A DNA stretch of 64,000 nucleotides, from NCBI RefSeq assembly GCF_004010195.1, contig NC_057718.1, positions 92,026,039 through 92,090,038 of the forward strand. The letters run 5' to 3'. The translations under genes and the position numbers were made by a program. The notes beneath the pieces were generated by a model. The model saw only the letters and a program-made list of their open reading frames with translations. It did not search any database and was not told where the DNA came from. Numbering within the stretch: position 1 is the first letter of the stretch; each line of letters opens with the position of its first letter. Shown here one piece after another: positions 36,619 to 49,263 of this stretch. This DNA is from Chiloscyllium plagiosum (taxonomy: Eukaryota).

Positions 36619-37925
36619 AATTGTAATTCCTCATGATTAATTGAACTCTGAGCAGAAGGTAGAAATAAGCAAGAGACCTTGTGGCTCAATTGGTCATACT
36701 TCTTGTGATGAAGGCCCAGCAGAACAGAATGTGATTGATCAAGTTCTAAATGATAATGTAAGGGATTACATGAAACATGGCAGAGCCAGCATCTCAAAGG
36801 CTAATTGCCCTCAGTGCTACCCACATAACAAAAATTTCAGAGGAGTCTAGGAAATGGAGAGACATGACAATTGTGGGACATAAGGGCGAAGAGCATAACA
36901 AGTTTAAATGTTGGCTGAGTGACGCAGAATGAGGTAAAAGGATTGGAAGAAATGTAGTACAAGTATTACATTACCAAGATAGTTCATGAAAGTGACATTA
37001 CAGCAATAATGTGACAAACATAAAAGTTGAAGTACAGGCTTCAGTTTAAATAGATTAAACAATGCAATATGTGCTAGTGAGCAGTTTTGAATTAAAACTA
37101 CAAATAGAAATCCTCATGTTTGGAAAGATTTAGTGACTGCTGATAAGCTTTAGGATTGAATAGGAGAAGCAAGTTGTAGACACTTGGGAAACTATTCTGA
37201 TGTACCAGATATAGTAATGGTAAACCAAGTCTATCATATAATCTAGATCTTACAAATGGGATTTAAAAAGATACAGAGAAGTTAGTTTCCAGAAGTTTTA
37301 AAGAGCATTGGACCCTCCCATAATTGGAAATGTAAAGCTGTTTTTAGTTCTCTTCACCACAGTGTGGAACAACTGATATCAAAGCCACATTTCTTCAGGG
37401 TGATAGATTTTCGTACAGATGGTTCTGATATAAGAAGAGACAGTAGATGCTGAAGGAAAGCTGCAGAAACCAAACAAATATAACAATGATGTTTCCTGAG
37501 CGTGCTAGTTTTTGGTGAGATGTGGTTTGCTAAAAATCGATTATACTTGACTAAAAACATACTCAGTAGTGACTTAGTGCTGCTATGCAATTTAATCTCT
37601 TCCAGTTCAAGGCCTGAATGAATCAAGCATTGCATTTCAAAATGACTACAACTGGAAATTGAGCAGAGGCTCACAATTCAAACTGGTCTTCTTCTTTCTT
37701 CCTCTGAAATTTTTGTTATGTGGGTAGCACTGAGGGCAATTAGCCTTTGAGATGCTGGCTCTGCCATGTTTCATGTAATCCCTTACATTATCATTTAGAA
37801 CTTGATCAATCACATTCTGTTCTGCTGGGCCTTCATCACAAGAAGTATGACCAATTGAGCCACAAGGTCTCTTGCTTATTTCTACCTACTGCTCAGAGTT
37901 CAATTAATCATGAGGAATTACAATT
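36619..37925. repeat. 226-bp inverted repeat (arms 36619-36844 and 37700-37925, 855-bp spacer)
   Basis: Arms compared base by base: one mismatch (gcagAagg vs gcagTagg). The ORF track shows near-identical peptides on opposite strands. Confidence 0.95.
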
Positions 37926-38559
37926 TTGGGTTTATATGATTACTTTGAGTAAATGTATCTGATAAGGACAAGCAATTTGATGGTTTTCTCAAAGACTGAT
38001 GCTCTTTGATACTTGGAATGGAAGAGGACTGGGAAATTTCACTTTGCAAATGCTGACTGCTTGTCATGATTAAGTCACAATGATACCTGTTTCTGCATAG
38101 TGCCTTCTGACATCTAACAACTGCCTCCTCACTGAATCACTGCTGACTACATGAATACAACAATACCGTCTCTAACCCCCAGTTTGATTGCTTGCAAGGA
38201 AATGAATTAGAAATGTAAATAGTGCCGAGGCATCTGCATCTTCAATGGATTCCAAATCTCTGACATGACACCTAGGAGGTGTCTTAATTCCCAAACCATT
38301 TACAGTATAAGGGACGTGAAGGAAAAATGGACGCACCTTAAGACATCCTAAAAGTTATTGAGTTTGCTCTTTTCGCAACAGCAAGGGAACCAACCTTACA
38401 TCTTGGTTGATAAACATTTTCTTTAAAAATTCACTTCTGATAAAACCAGTGTTTCTGAAAGAAAAATGTTCCTGAAAGAAAGCAAAATCAATTCTTCAGT
38501 GTTATATTTTATACTGACAGGTACTGAATGCCCAATTAAAACATATACTTTGTTAAATT

Positions 38560-39261
38560 GCGATATGACAGTGCCAGTGTTGGTCTGGGTTGGACAAGGT
38601 CAGAAGTTACACACCACCAAGTTATAGTCCAACAGGTTTATTTGAAATCACAAGCTTTCGGAGCACTGCTCCTCCATCAGGTAAAGTGAAGAGAAGCACA
38701 CAGACACAGAATGTATTTATTTATAAGATCAAAGATCATTTAACTGGTGTGTGTGGACTGTTGATAGGCTGATAAACAAGTCTCTGCGAGTTGTCAAAAT
38801 TGTCAGATGGTGTTTCATAGTTTATTCACACTATCTGACACTTTTGCTCACCAACAGAGACTTGTTATTCAGCCTGTCGACACTCAATGCACACCATTTA
38901 TATGACCTTTTGATCTCTCTGCCTATAAATTCTGTGAGGTAAAAACAATGACTGCAGATGCTGGAAACCAGATTCTGGATCAGTGGTGCTGGAAGAGCAC
39001 AGCAATTCAGGCAGCATCCGAGGACAGGCAAAATCGACGTTTCGGGCAAAAGCCCTTGAAGGGCTTTTGCCCGAAACGTCGATTTTGCCTGTCCTCGGAT
39101 GCTGCCTGAATTGCTGTGCTCTTCCAGCACCACTGATCCAGAATCCCTATAAATTCTGTGCCTGTTTGTTTCACTTCACCTGATAAAGGAGCAATGCTCT
39201 GAAAGCTTGTGATTTCAAATGAACCTGTTAGACTATGACCTGGTGTCAGTGACTTTTGACC
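38560..39261. mobile_element. Penelope-like family A (variant) fold-back element, inverted near 38820
   Basis: Diverged inverted arms, each with a decayed hammerhead (GAAAGCTT variant). Direct repeat ttgttaaatt at 38550-38559 and 39262-39271. Confidence 0.82.
38937..39145. mobile_element. Young Penelope-like family B insert forming a perfect 87-bp-arm palindrome
   Basis: Arms 38971-39057 and 39059-39145 with a 1-nt loop; 34-nt tail at 38937-38970; TSD cctataaattctgtg at 38922-38936 and 39146-39160. Confidence 0.93.
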
Positions 39262-39269
39262 TTGTTAAA

Positions 39270-39615
39270 TTACAGAGTGGATGTTGGGAAAATGTTCCCA
39301 TTGATAGGAGAGACTAGGACATGAGGGAATAGCCTAAAAATAAAGGGAAGATCTTTTAGAACAGAGATGGGGAGAAACTTCCTAAGCCAGAGAGTGGTGA
39401 ATCTATGGAATTCATTGTCACAGAAGGTTGTGGAGTCCAGGTCATTGAGTGTGTTTAAGACTGAGATAGAAAGGTTCTTGATTGTTAAGGGGATCAAGGA
39501 TTACCAGGGAGAAAGCAGGAGAATGAGGTTGAGAAACTTATCAGCCATGAATGAATAGTGGAGCAGACTCGATCAGTTGAATGGCCTAACTTCTACTCCT
39601 GTGTCTTATGGTCTT
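39270..39615 (+). mobile_element. CR1 3' end fragment
   Basis: ORF 39367..39558 RNFLSQRVVNLWNSLSQKVVE; tail ending tcttatggtctta. Confidence 0.85.
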
Positions 39616-42600
39616 AAATAATGCTGCTGGCCTTTTTGACAGTTTTGGGAGAAGGCGTACAAGGAATGTAATATGTTTGGTAGCTTTATTCAACAAAGGC
39701 CAGCTCCATTTCCCAAGACTCAGAAAACTTAACAGCTGAAAGGACTTGAAAATAGCTTCATTGAGAATGCAGGAGGTAAGGGTCACCACTAGTGTCCCTG
39801 CTGACTTCATCTGCACCCAACTCCAGCTCCTTGGAAACTGCGTTAAGGAACTGGAGCGGGAGCTGGATGAACTTCGGATCATTCAGGAGGCAGAGGAGGT
39901 TATTAAGAGGAGTTATAAGGAGGTAGTCACACTTCAGGTACAAGAAAAAGGAAGATTGGTTACAGTCAGGGACAGAAAGGGAACTGGCAGGCAGTGCAGG
40001 AATCCCCTGTCATCATTCTCCTCAATAACAAGTAGACCATTTTGGATACTGTTGAGGGATTGACTTACCAGGAGTAAACCATGGGATACAGGTCTCTGGC
40101 ACAGAGTCTGAACCTGTTGCTCAGAAGGGAAGTGGGGAGAAGAGCGGCGCATTAGTCATTGGGGACTCCATAGTTAGGGGGACAGATACGAGGTTCTGTG
40201 GGAATGTGAGAGACTTCGATTGGTGTGTTGCCTCCCAGGTACCAGGGCTTGTGATGTCTCGGATCGTGTTTTTGGGATCGTGGAGGGGGAGGGGGACCAG
40301 CTCCAAGTGGTGCACATAGATCCTAACAACATAAGTAGGAAAAGAGATGGGAATTTAAGGCAGAAATTCAGGGAGCTAGGGTGGAAGCTTAGCGCTAGAA
40401 CAAACAGAATTGTTATCATTGTTGCCTGTGCCACGTACTAGTGAGGTGAGGAATATGGAGAGAGAGGAGTCGAACACATGGCTACAGGGATGGTGCAGGA
40501 CAGAGGGTTTCAGATACCTGGATAATTGGGGCTCTTTTTGGGGTAGGTGGCACCTGTACAAACAGGGTGGTCTACACCTGAACCAGAGGAGTACCAATAT
40601 CCTGGGGGAGAGAGATTTGCTAATGCTATTAAGGAGGGTTGAAACTAATTCATCAGGGGAATGGGAACCTAAATTGTAGTTTCAGTGTCCAGGAGGTTGA
40701 AAGCAGTGAGGTCAAAAATGAGGTTTCAAGATTGCAAGAGTTCACCGGCAAGCAGGAAGGTGGTTTGAAATGTGTCTACTTCAATGCCAGGAGCATCCAG
40801 AATAAGGTGTAGAATTTGCAGCATGTGTTGGTATCTAGGACTTCAATGTTGTGGCCATTTTGGAGACATGGATAGAGCAGGGACAGGAATGGTTATTGCA
40901 GGTTCCAGGATTTAGATGTTTCAGTAAGAACAGGGAAAATGGTAAAAGAGGGGGAAGTGTGGCAATATTAGTCAAGGACAGTATTACAGTGGCAGAAAGG
41001 ACATTTGAGGACCCATCTACTGAGCTAGTATGGGCTGAGGTTAGAAACAGGAAAGAAGAGGTCACCCTGTTGGGAGTTTTCTATAGGTCTCCGAATAGTT
41101 TCAGGAATGTTGAGGAAAGGATAGCAATAATTCTGGATAGGTGTGGGAGTGACAGGGTAGTTGTTATGGGGAACTTTAACTTTCCAAATTTTGACTGGAA
41201 ATAGTGTAGTTTGAGTACTTTAGATGGGTCAGTTTTTGTCCAATATGTGCAGGATGGTTTCCTGACACAACATATAGACAGGCCAACAAGGGGGAGGCCA
41301 CATTGGATTTGGAACTGGGTAATGAACTTGGCCAGGTGTTATATTTGGAGGTAGGTGAGCACTTTGGTGATAGTGACCACAATTCAATTATATTTACTTT
41401 AGCGATGGAAAGGGATAGGAATATACCGCAGGGCAAGAGTTATTGCTGGGGAAAAGGCAATTATGATGCAATTAGACAAGATTTAGGATGCGTAGAATGG
41501 GGAAGGAAACTGCAGGGGATGGGCACAATTAAAATGTGGAATTTATTCAAAGAACAGCTACTGCATTTCCTTGATAAGTATGATCCTGTCAGGCAGGGAG
41601 GAAGTGGTCAAGCAAGGGAGCCGTGGTTGACAAAAAATGTTGAATCTCTTGTCAAGAGGAAGAAGACTTTTGTTAGGATGAGGTGTGAAGGCTCAGTTGG
41701 GGTGCTTGAGAGTTATAGGTTAGCCAGGAAAGACTTAAAGAGGGAGCTAATAAGAGCCAGGAGGGGACATGAGAAGTCATTAGCAGATAGGATCAAGGAA
41801 AACCCTAAAGCTTTCTATATGTGTACCAGGAATAAAAGAATGACTAGGGAAAGATTAGGGTCAATCAAGGATAGTATGGGAAGTCGTGCATGGAGTCTAA
41901 GAAGAATGAATATTTTTTGTCAGTATTCACACTGGAAAAAGATAATATTGCCAAGGAGAATACTAGACTAGATGGGATTGTGGTTCACAAGGAGGAGGTG
42001 TTAGCAATTCTGGAATGTATGAAAATAGATAGGTCCCCTGGGTCAGATGGGATTTATCCAAGGATTCTCTGGGAAGCCAGGGAGGAGATTGCAGAGCCTT
42101 GGCTTTGATCTTTATGTCATCATTATCTACGGGAATATTGGCAGAAAACTGGAGCATAGCAAATGTCCCCTTGTTCAAGAAGTGGAGGAGAAAGTAGAAA
42201 CAACCCTGGTAACTTTAGACCAGTGAGCCTTACTTCAGTTGTGGGCAAAGTGTTGAAATGATTGTAAGAGATAGCATTTATGATCATCTAGAGAGGAATA
42301 AGTTGATCAGGGGTAGTGAAAACGGTTTTGTGAAGGATAGGTCATGCCTCACAAACCTGATTGAGGTTCTTTGAAATGGTGACCAAACAGGTGGATGAGG
42401 GTAAAGTGGTTGATGTGGTGTATATGGATTTCAGTAAGGTGTTTGATAAGGTTCCCCATAGTACGCTATAGCAAAAATATGGGGACATGGGATTGAGGGT
42501 GACTTAGTGGTTTGGATCAGAAATTGGCTATCTGAAAGAAGATAGAGGGTGATGGTTGATGGGAAATATTCATCTTGGAGATCAGTTGCAAGTGGTGTAC

Positions 42601-42678
42601 TGCAAGAATCTATTTTGGGGCCACTGCTGTTTTTCATTTTTATAAATGACCTGGATGAGGGCGTAGAAAGATGGGTTG

Positions 42679-45090
42679 GAACATAGAACATAGAAAAGTA
42701 CAGCACAGAACAGGCTCTTTGGCCCTCGATATTGTGCTGAGGATTAATCCTAATGTAAAATAAAATAACTTAACGCACCCCTCAATCCACTGCTATCCAT
42801 GTGCATGTTCAGCAGTCGCTTAAATGTCCTTAATGACTCTGTTTCCACCACCACCGCTGACAACACATTCCATGCATTCACAACTCTTTGCATAAAAAGC
42901 CTTTCTCTGACATCCCCTCTATACCTTTCTCCTAGTATCTTAAAACTATGACCCCTCGTGCCAGTCAATCCTGCCCTGGGGAAACGTCTCTGGCTATTGA
43001 CTCTATCAATGCCTCTCATTACCTTGTATACCTCGATCAGGCCACCTCTCTTCCTCGTTCTCTTCAGAGAGTAACATCCAAGCTTAGTCAACTTCTCTTC
43101 ATAAGGCAAGCTCTCTAGTCCAGACAACATCCTGGTAAATCTTCTTTGCACCTTCTCCAAAGCCTCTGTATCTTTCCTATAGTAGGGCGACCAGAATTGG
43201 ACATTATATTCCAAGTGTGGTCTCACCAGGGACTTGTAGAGCTGTAGCAAAACCTCACGGCTCTTAAACTCGATCCCCCTGTTGATGAAAGCCAAAACAC
43301 CATATGCTTTCTTAACAACCCAATCCACTGAGCGGCAATTTTGAGGGATCTATGTACTTAAACACCAAGATCCCTCTGTTCCTGCACACTGCAAAGAATC
43401 CTGTCTTTAAATACTATCAACGGCACCTCCAACCTTTGTGTCATCGGCAAACTTACTAACCTTCAACCTCCTCATCCAAGTCATTTATAAAAGCTACAGA
43501 TAGCAGAGGCCCAAGAACAGAGCCCTGCGGGACACCACTCAACACTGACCTCCAGGCAGAATACTTTCCATCTACAACCACTCTCTGCCTTCTGTCAGCC
43601 AACCAATTCTGAATCCAGTAGCCAAATCTCCTGACTTTATGAATGAGCGTACCATGAAGAACCTTATTAAATGCCTTGCTGAATTCCACATACACCTATC
43701 CACTGCTCAACCTTTGTCGACCTGTCTTGTCACCTCCTCAAAGAACTCAATAAGATTTGTGAGGCATGACCTGCCCCTCACAAAACCATGCTGACTGCCT
43801 TTAATCATGATATACTTTTCCAAATAGTCATAAATCCTATCCCACAGAATTCTTTCTAAAACCTTGCTGACCACAGACGTAAGACTGACTGGTCTGTAAT
43901 TGCCAGGGATTTCCCTATTCCCTTTTTGAAACAGGAACAACATTCGCCTCCTTCCAATCCTCCAGTATGACTCCCGTGGAGAGTGAGGAAGCAAAGATCT
44001 TCACCAGCAGCATAGCAACCTCCTTTCTCACTTCCCAGAGCAGCCCAGGATATATCTGGTCCGTCTCTGGGGACTTATCAATCTTAATGTTTGCCAAAAT
44101 CTCCAGCACATCAATTTCATCAATCTTGATCTGTTCAAGCCTGTATCCCAGCTCCTCAAAGTTCTCATTCACAACAAGGTCCTTTTCCTTAATGAAAACC
44201 AAAGCAAAAAACTCATTTAGGGCTTCCCTTATCTGCCAAGACTCCATGCACAAGCTCCCTATGCTATCCTTGATAGACCCCACCTTCTCCTTGATCACTC
44301 TCTTATTCCTCACATATAAGTAAAATGGCTTTGTTTGGATACTCCCTAATCCTTCCTGCCAAGCCTTTATCCTTCCCCCTCCTGGCTCTCCTCAGTCCAT
44401 TTCTGAGCTCCTTTCTAGCAAGCCTGTAATCCTCTAAAGCTGTGCTAGATCCTTGCTTCCTTCCACCTTACGTAAGCTGCCTTCTTCCTTTTGACGAGAA
44501 GCTCTTCTGTTCTCATCATCCAAGGTTCCTTAATCTTACCCCTTCTTACCTGTCTCAGAGGAACAAATCTTTGCATCACTCGCAACAACTGGTCCTTAAA
44601 CAATCTCCACATGTCTGCTGTGCCCTTTCTGTGGAACAATTGCTCGCAGTCTGTACTTCCCAACTCCTGTCTGATAGTAAATAAATTCCATTTCTCCAGT
44701 TAAATCGCAACAACTGCTCCTTAAACAATCTCCACATGTCTGCTGTGCCCTTTCTGTGGAACAATTGCTCGCAGTCTGTACTTCCCAACTCCTGTCTGAT
44801 AGCATCATAAATTCCATTTCTCCAGTTAAATAACTTCCCTTGGTAACTGCTCCTTTCCCTCTCCAAGGCTATGGTCAATGTGAGGCAGTTGTGGTCACTG
44901 TCACCAAAGTGTTCTCCCACCGTGAGATCCGACACCTGTCCTGGCTCATTGCCGAGCATCAAATCCAAAATGGCCTCTTCCCTCATCAGCCTGTCTACAT
45001 ACTGAGTAAGGAAACCGTCCTGAACACACCTGACAAAAACAGCTTCATCCAAACCATCTACACTAAGGAGGTTCCATTCGATATTGAGGA
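42679..45090 (-). mobile_element. CR1 LINE (5'-truncated ORF2 plus tail) nested antisense in another CR1
   Basis: Minus-strand ORFs 44576..45181, 43915..44313, 43707..43994, 43456..43695 ([10 protein letters not shown]) and 42750..43328; tail repeat gaacatagaacatag at about 42679. Confidence 0.92.
44580..44830. repeat. Tandem duplication of 125/126 bp inside the nested CR1
   Basis: tcgcaacaact...tccagttaaa occurs at 44580-44704 and 44705-44830 with few differences. Confidence 0.92.
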
Positions 45091-46289
45091 GGATGAAAGG
45101 GGTTAGTAAATTTGTGGATGGCACTAAGGTCGTTAGAGTTCTGGATAATGCTGAAAGGTGCTGCAGGTTGCAGGAGGACATAGATCACGGCACAGCTGGG
45201 CGGAGAAGTGGCAAATGGAGTTTAATGCAGAAAAGTGTGAAGTGATTCACTTTGGAAGGAGCAACAGGAATAAAGAGTACTGGGCTAGTGGGAAGGTTCT
45301 TGGTAGTGTAGATGAGCATAAAGATCTCAGTGTCCATGTACATAGATTCCTGAAAGTTGCCACCCAGGTTGATAGGGTTGTTAAGAAGGCATACAGTGTG
45401 TTAGCTTTTATTCATAGAGGGATTGAGTTTCGGAGCCATGAGATCATGCTGCAGCTGTACAAAACTCTGATGAGGCCGCACTTGGATAATTGCATACAGT
45501 TCTGGTCACTGCATTACAGGAAGGATGTGCAAGCTTTGGAAAGGTTTTGGAGGAGATACACTAGGATGTTGCCTGGTATGGAGGGAAGGTCTTCTGAGGA
45601 AAGGCTGATGGACTTGAGGCCATTTTTGTTAGAGAGAAGGAGGTTGAGAAGTAACTTAATTGAGACATATAAAGTAATCAGAGGGTTGGATAGGGTGAAC
45701 AGTGAGAGCCGTTTTCCTCGGATGGTGATGTCGAGGGGACATAGCTTTAAGTTGAGAGGTGGTAGATGTAGGACAGATGTCAGAGGTATTTTCTTTACTC
45801 AGAGAGTAGTAAGAATGTGAAACGCACTGCCTGCAACAGTAGTAGACTCGTCAACTTTAAGGGCATTCAAATGGTCATTGGATAAACATACGGATGAAAA
45901 TGGGAATAGTGTAGGATAGATAGGCTTCAGATTGGATTCAACAGGTCGGTGCAATATCGAGTGTTGAAGGGCCTGTACTGCTCTGTACTGTAATGTTCTA
46001 TGTTCTAGAAGCTAATAGTCTTTACAACAAGGTGTGTGGGCCAGGTGCATCAGGAAGGTTTTGCACTGGTCCTCCGAGCTTAACGTTTTGTCTTAGGTGG
46101 GATATTCCCTTTCAAAGGCCCCATCACCCAGGATCAATGTCTGGGCCTCTATCCCCACTGGAATCAGAGATCAGATCCACCTTCCAGTCTAGCAGTTGGA
46201 CTTTGTAATCTTATCATGTTCCTAATCCAGTTGTACACTCCCTACCTGGGCATGCACACTGTTCCTGTGTGGCTCATTGGGTCTAACAG

Positions 46290-47270
46290 CTACAACGTGA
46301 CATCGTAACTCCTATACTCAATGCACTGACCAATGAAGGCAAGCGTGCCAAGCGCCTTCTTCACCAGCCTGTCTACCTGCGATTCCACTTTCCAGGAACT
46401 GTGCACTTGCACATCTAGATTCCTTTGTTTGGCAACACTCCCCGAGCCCCTACCTTTAAGTGTATAAGTCCTGCCCTGGTTTGCCCTACCAAAATGCAAC
46501 ATCTCACATTTATCAAAATTAAACTCCATCTGCTCCTCCTTGGCCCATTAACCCATCTGATCAAGTTCCCATTGTACTCTGAGAAAGCCTTCTTCACTAA
46601 CCACTACACCACCACTATTGGTGTCATTTGCAAGAATACTAACCATACATCACATCCAAATAATTTATAAAAATGACAAAATGTAGTGGACTCAGCACCA
46701 ATCCTTGCAGCACACTGCAGTCACAAACCTTCAGTCCAAAAACCAACCCTCCAGCTTCATACTCTGTCTCCTTCCTTCAAACCAACTTTGTTTCCAACTG
46801 GTAGCTCCCCCTGGATTCCATGTGTTCTCCCCTTGCTATACAGTCTAGCATGCATAAGCTTGTTGAACAACTTGCTCAAGTCTATATAGACAACATCAAC
46901 TACTCTGCCCTCATCAATCGTCTTTGCCACTTCTTCAAAAACATTTAATCAAGTTATTGAGACATGATTTCCCATCCACAAAGCCATGTTGACTATCCCT
47001 CATCAGTCCTTGTCTTTCCAAATGCATGGAAATCCTGTCCTTCAGAATCCCCTCCAACAATTTGCTCATCACGGACATAAGGCTCACCAGTCTATAGTTC
47101 CCTGGCTTTTCCCCAATACTTTTCTTAAATAATGGCACTACATTAGCCAACCTCCAGTCTTCTGGCACCTCACCTGTGGCTATTGATGATACAAATATCT
47201 CAGCAATCTCTTCCCTAACCTCCTACAAAGTTCTGGGATACACCTGATCAGGTACTGAAGATTTATCCAC
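46290..47270 (-). mobile_element. CR1 RT fragment
   Basis: ORFs 46935..47168 (PEDWRLANVVPLFKK, SQHGFVDGKSCL) and 46290..46529 (MEFNFDKCEMLHFG). Confidence 0.88.
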
Positions 47271-47534
47271 TGAAATCTTAGAGTTCTGCTCAAAATGGCC
47301 TTCATAGTCAGTCTTATCACAATGAAAACAAAATAACGGTTATGTTAGTTTGAAATGAGTTATTGCTGTCCGAAGTAAAAAAGTCAAATTGCTTGGAAGT
47401 TCCGATAGTGTCCTTCCAGTCTCCTGTTCTTTCAGAAAATTTGAACTCTCATACCTTTAAAAGGACCTAATGTGTTATTCAAAGTTTAATTGAGTTCCAT
47501 ATATCTCCTTTTGTGATAATGTTGTGTTCATGTA

Positions 47535-48125
47535 GAGTCATAGTCATAGGGATCTCCAGAGTAGAAACAGACCCTTTGGTCCAACTTGTCCAAGCTAACC
47601 AGATATTAAATTAGATTAGATTACTTACAGTGTGGAAACAGGCCCTTCGGCCCAACAAGTCCACACCGACCGGCCGAAGCACAACCCACCCATACCCCTA
47701 CAATTACCCCTTTAACCTAACACTACGGGCAATTTAGCATGGCCAATTCACCTGACCCGCATATCTTTGGACTGTGGGAGGAAACCGGAGCACCCGGAGG
47801 AAACCCACGCAGACACGGGGAGAATGTGCAAACTCCTCACAGTCAGTCGCCTGAGTCAGGAATTGAACCCGGGTCTCTGGCGCTGTGAGGCAGCAGTGCT
47901 AACCACTGTGCAACCGTGCCGCCCATATCTGAAATTAATCTAGTCCTGTTTGCCAGTATTTGCCCATTTCCCTCTAAACCCTTCCTATTCATATACCCAT
48001 CCAGATGTCTTTTAAATGCTGTAATTGTACCAGCCTCCATCACTTCCTCTGGCAGCTCATTCCATACATGTACCACCCTTTCTGTGAAAAAATTGCCCTT
48101 TAGGTCTCTTTTAAATCTTTCCCAG
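47535..48125 (-). mobile_element. CR1 3' end interrupted by a SINE
   Basis: ORF 47843..48130 FFTERVVHVWNELPEEV; tail at 47535-47605. Confidence 0.85.
47608..47924 (-). mobile_element. Full-length HE1-like SINE (tRNA head, V domain, CR1-derived tail)
   Basis: Reverse complement: gggcggcacggttgcacagtggttagcactgctgcctcacagcgccagagacccgggttcaattcc (A/B boxes), V core, gggccgaagggcctgtttccacactgta and ctaat repeats. Confidence 0.92.
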
Positions 48126-48567
48126 TTCAAAGATCTCCTCAGTCGAAATGGTGGTTGTCAGGTGTGATTTCCATCTTGGCAGGACTTTTGAAACTTAATT
48201 TAGGGAATTTTCAAGTTAAAGATTTTAAAATCGAAATATCCTTCAACATCTTTTTCTTTACAACTCTACAATATCAGAACTGCACAGTCATAAGAGTACA
48301 TAATAATCATTCCCTACAAACATCAAATACTTACACACTTGTAATAAATTAGCTGCTTTCTCACAGAGCATGAAGATCCCAGTGAACCAATTGCCATAGC
48401 CAAAGAACATCAATCATTGCCATCTCACTTCAGCAGACTCTGGCAAAAGTGTACACACTGTAGGAGAGGTTTTTTAATCTTGCTACTGAACAGACACAGA
48501 GTGTTGCCCTAAAGACTCGTGAAGAAGAGGCAGTTGATAAGCTGTTGGTGACAAAAAGCTGCTGTCA

Positions 48568-49263
48568 GGTAGAGGATCCTTTCACATCCGGCAAAGGTTT
48601 TCCTGCATATCCACCCACTTCATCTACTGTGTCCGTTGCTCTCGATGTGATCTCCTGTACATAGGGGAGACAGGACGCCAACTTGCGGAGCATTTCAGGG
48701 AACGTCTCTGGAATACATGTACCAAATAACCTGAACTTCTTGTGGCCGACCACTTCAACTGCTCCTCCCACTCCCCCGAGGACATGCAAATCCTGGGCCT
48801 CCTCCACTGCCAAATCAAACCCACCTGCCAACTGGAGGAAGAACACCTCATCTTCTGCTTTGGGACCCTTCAAACACATAGCATCAACATCAACTTCACT
48901 AGCTTCCAAATCTCCCCTCTCCCCACCTCATCCCAGGTCCAACCCTTCAATTCGGCACTGCCCTCTTGACCTGTCCTATCTGTCCATTTTCCTTCCCATC
49001 TGACTGTTCCACCCTCCCCACCGACCTATCACAATTACTTCCCATCTGCATCCACCTATCGCCTTCTCGGCTACCTTCCCCCCAGCCCTACCCCCACTCC
49101 CTGTTAATCTCTCAGCTCCCTTTCCCCTCCACATTTCTAATGAAGGGCTTATACCTGAAATGTTGACTCTCCTGCTTCTCGATGTTGCCTGACCTACTAT
49201 GATTTTCCAGCGCCCCACTTTTCGACTCTGGCACTTCAACATCTGCAGTCCTCACTTTCTCCT
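48568..49263 (+). mobile_element. Penelope-like element family B, 5'-truncated: GIY-YIG relic, pyrimidine-rich 3' UTR, decayed hammerhead
   Basis: Plus-strand frame FSCISTHFIYCVRCSRCDLLYIGETGRQLAEHFRE..*PELLVADHFN..QLEEEHLIFCFGTLQTHSINI. Terminus ctaatgaagggcttatacctgaaatgttgac..catctgcagtcctcactttctcc. Confidence 0.9.

Larger units (their letters stand above)
39760..46005 (+). mobile_element. Near full-length CR1 LINE (esterase-type ORF1 plus EN/RT ORF2), interrupted at about 42678-45090
   Basis: ORF1 relics QLQLLGNCVKELERELDELRIIQE, VIGDSIVRG, CCLPG and LYKQGGLHLN (SGNH-like). EN motifs CVYFNARS and ETW. The RT breaks after INDLDEGVE and resumes at SKFVDGTKV; C-terminus in ORF 45158..45820. 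Confidence 0.92.

Noticed and set aside
36704..36730. gtgatgaaggccc within the 226-bp repeat as a hammerhead
   Set aside because: Lacks C3, a closing stem II and GAAA.
47860..47924. tRNA-like sequence with A and B boxes
   Set aside because: It is the head of an HE1-like SINE, continuing into the V domain and tail.
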